From assembly GCF_001194135.2 (NCBI RefSeq), contig NC_068989.1, forward strand, positions 8,173,905 through 8,237,904: DNA of 64,000 nt, in the 5' to 3' direction. This DNA comes from Octopus bimaculoides. Taxonomy: Eukaryota. The position numbers and the translations under genes were made by a program. Position 1 is the stretch's first letter. Every line of letters starts with the position of its first letter. This document shows positions 53,223 to 64,000 of this stretch, in pieces. The notes below the pieces were generated by a model. It made no database searches. It was not told the DNA's origin and saw only the letters and a list, made by a program, of their open reading frames with translations.

Positions 53223-54292
53223 AGGCATGCATATATGCATGCACATATGTCTATTTGTGTTCTCTATCTGTGTCAACTCATACCACTCAAAAGTTTGTGG
53301 ACTTCTTATGTTCTGTAACCTAGCGGTTCGACGAATAGGAAATAGTAAAAGAAGAAAGAAGCAGCTGATTTGAAACTGCATATTTGTGCAATACGATGCA
53401 CTACAGTGAGCAGCTGCTACCTACCCAATAACAGAAAGAAAGATAATAATGAAAGATATACACGTGTATACTTATGTTTCCGGGTAGGTGTGTCTATGTG
53501 TATGTGAATATATGCGCAAATGAAAAATTCAATGGCAAAAGAATAAGATGGAAGCAGGATCAAATAGATCTTTTGAGATGTGCAATTGTAAAGAACGCTG
53601 GAGACTGGAGACTAAACATTTTCTCTTTGTATTTGCTGTCAATTATTCGACCTGATGACAAAGAAAGTTCGATGTAGCTTCAAGATTTTTCAACAAATGA
53701 AGAGACTAACCTAGCGGCATTGTTTCACTTTACAACATGCAAGAAAGATAACAACCACTCAGATAGAGATCTCAGTATCTACTTAGATTAACATTCAACT
53801 TGACTCGGTTTCACAAGTCGTTTCTCTAAATTGCCTTCAGCGGATATAATTCTTCATTTAACAACATCTACATTTACTTCTTTTAAAAGATCGATTCCTA
53901 TTTGTGACACTTTTACAATTCAATCATATCTTAAATTGAATTAGACATCTAAAATAGATAGGAAGCTACAACAATAAATAACTTAATTCTAAATTTTGGT
54001 TAGCAAGGTTGCCATTTTAAACAATACCAGCGCATGTGTATAGGCATGTACTTATGCATACAGTATGTGTAGATTTCTATATGGAAGTGTGTATGTATAT
54101 ATGGATTTACTCTGGCCTATAGGTATGTTTCTAAAAGTTATTCCTATACAGACAAATTTGTGAGACTGTACAAATATGCGTGCGCTCACACACACACACA
54201 TACACACAAACACGCATACACACAGCCATATTAGTCATATGTGAATAAGATTTGGTGTAACTACATTCAAGATAGTCGTATGTATGAATATA

Positions 54293-54323
<31 letters not shown>

Positions 54324-54889
54324 CAAATAATAAGCAACACGGATTTCAAAAGTGATTGCAGTACGCACGTTTCATGCTACTTCAATTTATTTAAGTAATG
54401 TGAGCATTACCTTAAATGCAATATGAAGAGCAATCTTCAGCTGCACGAAAAAATGTAGAAAAAAGACATATTACAAATGTGGCAACATATTAAAACCAAG
54501 TGGGAGAGAGCAGAGGAAGAATATATAAGTCCATCTTGACATAGCAGGGTCTATCAGGCTAGTAATTGATTCTAGACAAAAGTTATCATCAGCTAATAAG
54601 TTTTTTAAAAGATAATTCAAAATAGTGTTCATGATCACNNNNNNNNNNAATATATTTATATATTTATATGAATACACATGTATATATGTCTACATATATG
54701 TATGTATCTATCTCTCATACATATCTATATATATATATATAGATCTGTGTACTTTTAAATGTATGAATAATTAAATCTATAAGTTATAAATGTATGTATA
54801 ATGATATTCATGTATGTAATTCAAAAGATATCGTATGTTTTTATATATGAACTGCGGAAGTTCAAAAATATCACACCCACTCGCACGCA

Positions 54890-54925
<36 letters not shown>

Positions 54926-55371
54926 AGCAAGCACACACACACGTACACACATACCCGTGTGTGTATTTGTGTATGATTCATATTTGTATATGTATAAAAC
55001 TAGATAAAGAAATATTAACAAAAAGTACTTCCATACTTTATAGAATTCCCTTCAGAATAGCACAATTGATTATCAAAGCAATACTAACAAGACAATAAAA
55101 GCCGCCATTTAACATTTGAACGTATGCACGTCAGAAAAGGAAATCCGATAAGCTAGTACTCTAACCATTTAACTGCCTAATTCTCATACTAAAGTTTGTT
55201 TAAACACCAGCCGTCCATAATGAGAAGGTAAGCACTGAGGCCAAAACCATTCTACATCCTGAAGATTTGGCTGAGATATGTCTAGATACATAGTGAAGGT
55301 GAATATAGAAAATATATTGTTCCGAGCAATATCACGTATTCTTATATCTTAAATTTAAAAAATAACCAAAA

Positions 55372-55438
55372 TGTTACGGGGACGTAAATACATCAACATC
55401 GGTTGTCAAACGATGGTGTGGAGAGAAACACAGACACA

Positions 55439-55488
<50 letters not shown>

Positions 55489-55653
55489 CACGACGGGTTT
55501 CTTTCAGTTTCCATCTACCAAATCCACTCACAAGGCTTTGGTCAGCCCGAGGTTATAGTAGAAGACACTTGCACAAGTTGCCACGCAGTCGGACTGAACA
55601 TAGAACTATGTGGTTGGTAAGCAAGATACTTACCACATAGCCACTCCTGCGCT
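55372..55653 (-). mobile_element. SINE family A, 3'-truncated
   Basis: Minus head GCGCAGGAGTGGCTATGTGGTAAGTATCTTGCTTACC; internal (CA)n(TA)n. Confidence 0.9.
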
Positions 55654-55658
55654 TATAT

Positions 55659-55710
<52 letters not shown>

Positions 55711-56496
55711 ACGCACACACACACACACACATACATACTCGCTCCTATGAGTAGAAATATTAGTGAAGGATTGTCCTTACATATATTTTGTAATTGTTAA
55801 AAGTGCATTTATCAAATAATATTCATTTAAGCTGAGTACTGCTCAACTAATCATAAAGCATAACGGCTGAGCATTTACCAGTCACTCGTGTCCTTAAAGC
55901 AATCCTCGGGTACAATCAAAGATGGTATTTCGCAGTTTACCCAATTTCACTTGCGTTTTGGGTCGATACGAGACTATAGGTATAGACACCTTCCTAGATG
56001 CCTTGAGCTCGGATTGAAATGAAAAATGAGACATGATTGCAAAGCAAACTTCTTCAGTATTATATCATAGCTATGTATGTATGTATGTATGTATGTATGT
56101 ATGTATGTATGTATGTATTTATATGTATGTATGTTTGTATGTCTGTATGTATGCATTTATGTGCGTATGTGCTTATGTATGAATATATGTACTTATGTAT
56201 GTATTTATGTATGTAAGTGTGTATGCATGATGTATGTATGTGTTTATGTATGTATGAATGATTGATTGAATGAATATTATTTCGGATATGTGTATGCTTG
56301 CACTGTTACATCATTTGCAAATATTTAAAGCAGACTTGTCGATTAATGAGTAAAATTAGTTTAGTTTTGCCATTAACTCATTAGTTCGCTTTATCAACAA
56401 GAATTAAGAGCCAAAATGCGAAATTATTAAATTACATCTGATTCATAATTTCTTCCCTACGGAACATGTTACTAGAAGTTTAGTTGTTTTATAAAT

Positions 56497-56540
<44 letters not shown>

Positions 56541-57680
56541 CACACACACATGCATACATGCATACCTACGCACAAATTCACGCGTATATATTCATATATT
56601 CACTATGTATCTCTACATGTATGTTTATGTTCATAAGCATTCACCAAAAAAAAAACAAAACAAAAAAAACGGACTCGATGCATAAATTAGGGAATGTATA
56701 TATGTTGTATAGTCTTGAAATCTCAGTAAAATTTTCTCGCCAGTAATTATCCAAGTGATAGAATTAGAGAAGCTTACGTGAAAATATATAAGCAAAATTA
56801 CTCATCAGTTCAAGGAAATATGGTCAGTCGTCAACATTTGATTAAATGCCAGAAACGTTTAGAAAATATATTACACAAATCATTTATTCCATTGGTAATC
56901 ACCGAAATCATGAAGTATTCATCTATTATCCTTCAGAAGATGCACATGATATATTCATGTCTCCAGTATCATATATTTAATTGAACTGAAAGCAGATTGA
57001 GTGACTATTCTTAGTTGAAATTGAACATCAACCGTATCACCCTCTCAATCTTAGCCAGTATTTCATATTGTACTTAAGTAAAAGTTAGAAACACGCCGAC
57101 TTGCTCTAGTTCAAAAGCACTTACGAAAATTGCTTGAGAAAACTTATGGAACAGAGGTAGTTGATAAATCTTTTGGCGACTTCCTATAGATTTACAACCA
57201 AGATAAGGTAATTTTCATTTTATTCAGAGAATATTCTGTAAATGCTGCAATGCAGTTTTTTTCCTCCCCAATTGTCTATGTAGATATATAGTCAGTTACA
57301 CCCAACTGGGCCACATTCCATTGACTTAAAACAATAACGGAATATCGTTTTCAAAAAATAGAATTGGTACTGACCGAGCCGATTGAGGATGCAACATTAT
57401 CTGGTACTTTGAGCTCACATATATTAACATATCCAGATTACTTACCGTAATTCACTGAAGATGGGACTTACTCTCCACCAGGCCAGCATATTTCATTTTC
57501 TTTAGCTGGGATTTTTAATTTTTCTAACTGGCCTTTCCCCTTCATAATTAATCATTAAAGCAAATGGGTGAATTTTTGTTGTTGGAGGTCTCCCCTTGTG
57601 GATGTACCACGTTTGTTTCCTGTTTAAAATTGCTGTTTGCTCTCACGAGTGTTTGTTGAATTGTTTTTTTCTTCCCATTT

Positions 57681-57865
57681 ATGAGCGAACCAACGAGAAG
57701 TACTGTGCAAGCTGAACCAGCCAAGAGCCATAGTTATGCGGCTGCGACTGGAAAAGTGGTGGAAGTCCCGGATTTGGAAGTGCGAGAAGTGAAAATCGAG
57801 CCGGAAAGGCTGAAGGAATGCAGCAACCTTCTAGAAAAAGAAGGAAATCTCAAATGGAAACAACT
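57681..57865 (+). pseudogene. Probable N-terminus of a non-LTR retrotransposon ORF1 (gag-like), truncated
   Basis: MSEPTRSTVQAEPAKSHSYAAATGKVVEVPDLEVREVKIEPERLKECSNLLEKEG. The SYAAA motif near the N-terminus is typical of LINE ORF1, and a T-rich leader precedes it. The frame then runs into unrelated AT-rich and SINE-like sequence. Confidence 0.5.
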
Positions 57866-58985
57866 TCATGCTAACATACATTGTTATACATTGACTCAAG
57901 CCCAGTTAATTGAATCAATGCAGTACTTGACTGGTACTTATTTTATTTCGCTCAATAGGATTATATATAAAGCAAATCGCGGTGAAAGTTAATGTCATAA
58001 CTTAAAGTAATGATACTAAATACAGCAAAGTATTAAAGCTGTCACTGTGATTTTTACGATTCACAGTTCACAACTCGTATGATACGTAATTAAAATAGAA
58101 AATTTAAAGATATATTTTTTATTTTGAAAATCTAGTGTGGCCAGCTGATAATATTTCCCCGCACTGCATTTGAAAGCGGGCTTATTGAAATATGCTGTTC
58201 TTTTTACAGATACGATTAAAAGAATATTTTATTCCTTTAGCGTTTATAGCAAAATTTACCTAAAGTTTAATGATAAAATAACATTTCGACCAAAACCGTT
58301 TGTTTCAATTTTTACGACAGTATATCGCGTGTTTTCTACTTTATTATACTCCTCACATTCCTTCTGCATCTCTTTCCCTCAAAAGTTCTCTTTTTCTCCA
58401 TCCCCTACACCCACGTCGTCGTGTATGCGTTGTGATGGCGCATTCATTAATCTACATCACTCCTCTTCCTTCTCTCTGTCTGTTTCTTTCGATCTATCTC
58501 CCCCAATTTTTAGAAATTTATTAACTTTTTCTTTCCTCCAAAGAAAATTAGCCTGTGTGCAATGCACATAAAACACTATATATCTATTTACAGTCACATG
58601 CTCTCGCATAAAATGTCTTTATCTTACTTTTCTATCACAACTCTTAACAAACAACCGTAGTTACACATATTTATAAAAGCATACACACACGTATATATAT
58701 ANNNNNNNNNNNNNNNNNNNNNNNATATATGTATATACATACATGCACATATGTATACATACATACATACATACATACATACATAAATATACATATGAGC
58801 GAGAGAGCGGATATGATGCGTTTATTGACATGAATTTATGTCTACTTTACACGTTCTCTCACTCTACAGATGAACTTATTTTGTCAAATGCATTTTATCA
58901 AACAAAAATTATAGTTCGTCCAAAAACATATTCACATATCTCAGCAGATTTTGCGTAATTTATCTACATATCGTTAGGTGTGTCA

Positions 58986-59040
<55 letters not shown>

Positions 59041-59349
59041 NNNNNNNNNNNNNNNNNNNNNNNNNNNNNNNNNNNNNNNNNNNNNNNNNNACATATATAT
59101 ATATATATATATATTAGAGTTGCAAATTCCCGAAATAATGTTTGCAGAGTTATTGTATAAAATAACAGGAAGTTGGGAATTTGTTTGTATTATTTATTCA
59201 GCATTACACATGTTTCATTTGCTAATAGGAATTACAAAGTTTTACATGTTAGGTAGTCATATAAGGAAAGAAGCACGATGATGGATGTGAAGGTGGACCT
59301 TGGAACTTGTTTAAGAACACTGATCTATTTTCTTCTCACACATATATTA

Positions 59350-59603
59350 TTAGGTTGGTGCATAATTATTGCGGCTTTTTTCACCAAATTTTATTCTACA
59401 AAAACAATAGCAATATTTAACAACAACAACATCTTTAAATGACGGTCTGGCCGCCTGCCAAGCAAATGTAAAGCAGACATTGAAGTAGATGGTGAATATT
59501 CTCCGGAATAATCATTTAAAGATGCTTTTGTTACATGTTGTTATTGTTTTTGTTGAATGAAAATTTGTGGAAGAAAAGCCGCAATAATTATGTACCAACC
59601 CAA
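59350..59603 (+). mobile_element. MADE1-like mariner MITE with long TIRs and TA target duplication
   Basis: TA-TTAGGTTGGTGCATAATTATTGCGGCTTTT...AAAAGCCGCAATAATTATGTACCAACCCAA-TA, with arms symmetric for roughly 90 bp. The centre encodes RLPSKCKADIEVDGEYSPE* (mariner transposase C-terminus). Confidence 0.92.
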
Positions 59604-60334
59604 TACTTTAGTGCTGTAACATTACCCCTATCAATATGTACGGTCTTCAAGACTATACAGTTCAATATCTCTGAATTTGTATTCAAGTAGGGACCGTGTG
59701 TGAATGTAAGCGAAGTATTACTATATTCAGTGGTTATACATTCAATAATATTTTATCATTGTGTATTGTTCATAAATTTCATTGATAACAAGCTCCACCA
59801 AATATTGTAACTGGAGATATTTGCGTATGCTCTGTTCGTTAGTATACTAATTATCAAGCAGTGAGTGAGACGGAAGACAGGCATGGTAATACAAGATCGT
59901 ACTGGTGTTTATGAGATGGGTATTTATGTCAACGGCGGATACGTGCGAGAATATATCAAACTGATATGTTATTTCTTTGCATAATTTGTTACAAATTCCT
60001 GTAAAGAAACCAGTATCACGTATGTAGCTTGCCCCTCTTGAGATTCTTCCATTTGATTCTTATGCTGTGTTATTTAAAAGTTAACTCCTATGAGAATGAT
60101 TTCGTTGCAAATTAACATCACGCCCACGCGAGATTTGTGCTGAGCAATCGGTTTATTATCGTCTCTGCGCGACCTTATTTGAAGCGTTGTCTCTCTTATC
60201 AAAATAGATGTAGACATCTCTCACATCATGCTGATCGTGTTTTAGACAGTTTCGTTCCGTCAAACTGAAAACAAAATTTATACATACATACATACATACA
60301 TACATACAAGCCTACATACATACGTGCATACATG

Positions 60335-60370
<36 letters not shown>

Positions 60371-61116
60371 NNNNNNNNNNNNNNNNNNNNNNNNNNNNNN
60401 NNNNNNNNNNNNNNNNNNNNNNNNNNNNNNNNNNNNNNNNNNNNNNNNNNNNNNNNNNNNNNNNNNNNNNNNNNNNNNNNNNNNNNNNNNNNNNNNNNNN
60501 NNNNNNNNNNNNNNNNNNNNNNNNNNNNNNNNNNNNNNNNNNNNNNNNNNNNNNNNNNNNNNNNNNNNNNNNNNNNNNNNNNNNNNNNNNNNNNNNNNNN
60601 NNNNNNNNNNNNNNNNNNNNNNNNNNNNNNNNNNNNNNNNNNNNNNNNNNNNNNNNNNNNNNNNNNNNNNNNNNNNNNNNNNNNNNNNNNNNNNNNNNNN
60701 NNNNNNNNNNNNNNNNNNNNNNNNNNNNNNNNNNNNNNNNNNNNNNNNNNNNNNNNNNNNNNNNNNNNNNNNNNNNNNNNNNNNNNNNNNNNNNNNNNNN
60801 NNNNNNNNNNNNNNNNNNNNNNNNNNNNNNNNNNNNNNNNNNNNNNNNNNNNNNNNNNNNNNNNNNNNNNNNNNNNNNNNNNNNNNNNNNNNNNNNNNNN
60901 NNNNNNNNNNNNNNNNNNNNNNNNNNNNNNNNNNNNNNNNNNNNNNNNNNNNNNNNNNNNNNNNNNNNNNNNNNNNNNNNNNNNNNNNNNNNNNNNNNNN
61001 NNNNNNNNNNNNNNNNNNNNNNNNNNNNNNGGAATAATGTTTTTAAAATAAAAAAAAAGTAATACTATCGACAATAACGTACTTTAATGTAAACGAACGA
61101 AAGTGTACGCGTTGTT

Positions 61117-61174
<58 letters not shown>

Positions 61175-61882
61175 GATGCTGCTGCCACTAGTGCATCTTC
61201 TGGGTCTGCTGCTTTTCCTCTGCTACCACCGCTGTTGCTGCTCTTAAAGCGGTTAATCCTTCTGTAACTGGTTCTTCTACTGTTGTTGCTAATATCGGGA
61301 TTGAATTCCTTTAATGCTTTTATTACAAATAATTCTTCAACTTTTGATGATAAGATACTAATCATGATCCTAAGTATTATTGTGATGTTAATAGCATTAT
61401 GATGGTTAACATAATGGTGACCATCAAGGCACTCAACCGATAATCGTTTGTATGCACATGTATGTGTATATGTATGCATACATGTATGTGTATATATATA
61501 NNNNNNNNNNNNNNNNNNNNNNNNNNNNNNNNNNNNNNNNNNNNNNNNNNNNNNNNNNNNNNNNNNNNNNNNNNNNNNNNNNNNNNNNNNNNNNNNNNNN
61601 NNNNNNNNNNNNNNNNNNNNNNNNNNNNNNNNNNNNNNNNNNNNNNNNNNNNNNNNNNNNNNNNNNNNNNNNNNNNNNNNNNNNNNNNNNNNNNNNNNNN
61701 NNNNNNNNNNNNNNNNNNNNNNNNNNNNNNNNNNNNNNNNNNNNNNNNNNNNNNNNNNNNNNNNNNNNNNNNNNNNNNNNNNNNNNNNNNNNNNNNNNNN
61801 NNNNNNNNNNNNNNNNNNNNNNNNNNNNNNNNNNNNNNNNNNNNNNNNNNNNNNNNNNNNNNNNNNNNNNNNNNNNNNNNNN

Positions 61883-61919
<37 letters not shown>

Positions 61920-61923
<4 letters not shown>

Positions 61924-62560
61924 GTGTGGTGAATAAACTGTCATTTAAATTACGCAAACATGAATATAACACTGACATCTCGTTTTACAGATATATCTAC
62001 CAAAATTACATAGAAATATCTTGAAATGCTAAAGGGTAAATTTGTTGAATAAAATCGCCATTAAGCTTCAACCACGGCCTCCAGACGACTTCGGAATCTC
62101 CTGCAACTCTTCTGGACGGCCTCCTTGTTTAAGTTGATGACTGTCGCCATAATCGTTGCCTTCATTTCATCTTTGGTGCAACAAAGAGTTTTCTTGGTCT
62201 CCCAATTAACTGTGCCCCACACATAATAATAAAGGGGGTTCGCAGTCTGGGAAGTTAGGGGGCTAGAAGTTAGAGGTAACATGGTTGCAGAAATTGTCTG
62301 GCAGCCATGACCGGTTTCTCCTCCTTGTGTGGCATGGTGCAGAGTCATGTTGTCAGACATAGGGTCTTCCAGCAGCCACTCCCTTGACCCAGGGCAACAC
62401 TACCTCATCCACGCACTTAATGTAGGCCTCCTTGTTAAGTCTGAGGTCAGGTGGGAAAATGAATGGAGGCAAAACATCGCCATCACTAGTGATCACTCCA
62501 AACATCATGGTGTTGACTGGATGTTTGATTTCTATCATTCATGGTGCATGTCCACAGATT
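61920..62560 (-). mobile_element. Degraded maT/DD37D transposon, 3' half
   Basis: KHPVNTMMFGVITSDGDVLPPFIF, PYV*QHDSAPCHTRRRNRSWLPDNFCNHVTSNF*PPNFPDC(N)PL(Y)YYVWG (37-residue spacing) and SCRRFRSRLEAVVEA. TIR CAGAGTGTGGTGAATAAACTGTC at 61920, next to TA. Confidence 0.88.
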
Positions 62561-63421
62561 GACACCAAAACACTCAATATAGATTCAATACCCACAAAAA
62601 TATTGTTGATAAGTTTGGGCGGAACAAAATTTCAGAAGTACAGCATTTGCTTAATGCATTAGTAGGAAGAGTAAAATTTAACAGAAAAACTGAATAGAGG
62701 AACATAGAGGAAGTGAGAAAGAGAAAGAGTGAAAATAAGATAAAGGGTTAAAAACCAAGTGGAAGCGCTGGTCTATGGGGTTGTATATAGCGAGGAAGGA
62801 GAAGGTACGTATATGCAAATATAAGAGGTTATCTTATATTTGCACATATGAGCCGTCATAGAGAGGAGTGGACAGTGTGTTAGACTGTTGGGTGTGATTG
62901 CTTAGCGGTTTAGAAGAGTAGTAGAGGCGTTACTTATGGGATGTTGATATGTGTGTGTGTAATGTTTAGAAAGGTGATGTGAAAGCATGTGGGCGAATAG
63001 GCGGGAGAGTCTAAAGGAATAAAGTATGTCAGGAAACTCATGGGATGGCAAGAGCCACATAGAAGTTGGTATGTATACATAATATATGCATAAACGTGCG
63101 CACACACACACACATCTAAAGTATACATAAAACACATACATACATAAATACACCTACATACACATATGTGCTTGTATATATAAATGCGTGTGTGTGTGTG
63201 TATGTCTATATTTCTATATGAATTTTTCAAATGTATTTCGGGTGATAATAAGAAAATTATTCGAGTGTAAAGGATTTTAAAGAGCTCAATTAAATTAGTC
63301 AAAAACATTATCCATTACGAAGCACCGATATATAAAAAATATACTTAGATCTATTTTTAGCAATTAAATAGAATTTTGGCTAGACATAAACAATGCATAC
63401 GTACATACATAAAGCATACAT

Positions 63422-63467
<46 letters not shown>

Positions 63468-64000
63468 CCGCTGCAGCTCAACTTCGCTCGATTACTCCCT
63501 GAAGCTTGAACAGCACAAATGCAGTCTTAGAATCCTATTAGAATATTACAATATTTTGTACAGATGTGGCAACGATGGACACCTCTTGCAGTAGGTGTTG
63601 AGGTTTTCTGAATCCTCACAGGTATTTAAGGCTGCCTTCTGACGTACATTCTTTCTGACGTTCCCTGCGATTAGAAATAATGTATGAAGCATAGTTAACA
63701 ACTTTCCTGCGTATGCAAATATTCAGCATATTGGACCCTTCTAAGAGGTATAAAAAGGATGACCTCAGTCATTTTACTACAGGTGTCAAGAACCCAACTG
63801 TCAGTTAGATATATTTTGAAATCTGGTGATTACTAGAAACGTATGAAAGCAGTGATTAAATTTTATTTTTTAATGTTTAACACACTTCAACATTGTAAAA
63901 AAAAAGTAATAACATAATAAAAAAACGTGAAACCAGACCATATTTTAACTTTATTCAACTAATATATTATTCTATAAACATTTACACAAATTCAGAAATA

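Noticed and set aside
61084-61440. Minus-strand open frame ending in poly-V
   Set aside because: Built on (AGT)n/(CAG)-type low complexity, runs out of a gap, and no family is recognisable.

Overview
AT-rich, repeat-saturated animal DNA from a fragmented short-read assembly, with about 26 N-gaps, most bordered by (AT)n, (CA)n or (GA)n. The tRNA-derived SINE families look like those I recognise from Octopus (coleoid cephalopod) genomes; the species call is an inference. I can identify no host protein-coding gene with confidence. Nearly all ORFs in the supplied track are microsatellite or gap read-throughs. What is well supported: about 25 SINE copies or fragments (families labelled A, B and C here), dead Tc1 (DD34E), mariner (DD34D-type) and maT (DD37D) transposase relics, a hAT/Charlie MITE, a MADE1-like mariner MITE, the 3' end of an RTE-like LINE with three C2H2 fingers, and a probable LINE ORF1 5' fragment. 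The most interesting signals are a near-intact type I hammerhead ribozyme fold at 26345-26415 (+) and a Penelope-type minimal hammerhead relic at 39541-39580 (-), with weaker relics elsewhere. Also notable are a perfect 47-bp inverted repeat pair, a two-exon plus-strand splice unit whose joined frame is broken only by one TAA, an RFX X-box, and a 237-bp duplication that indicates mis-ordered contigs.
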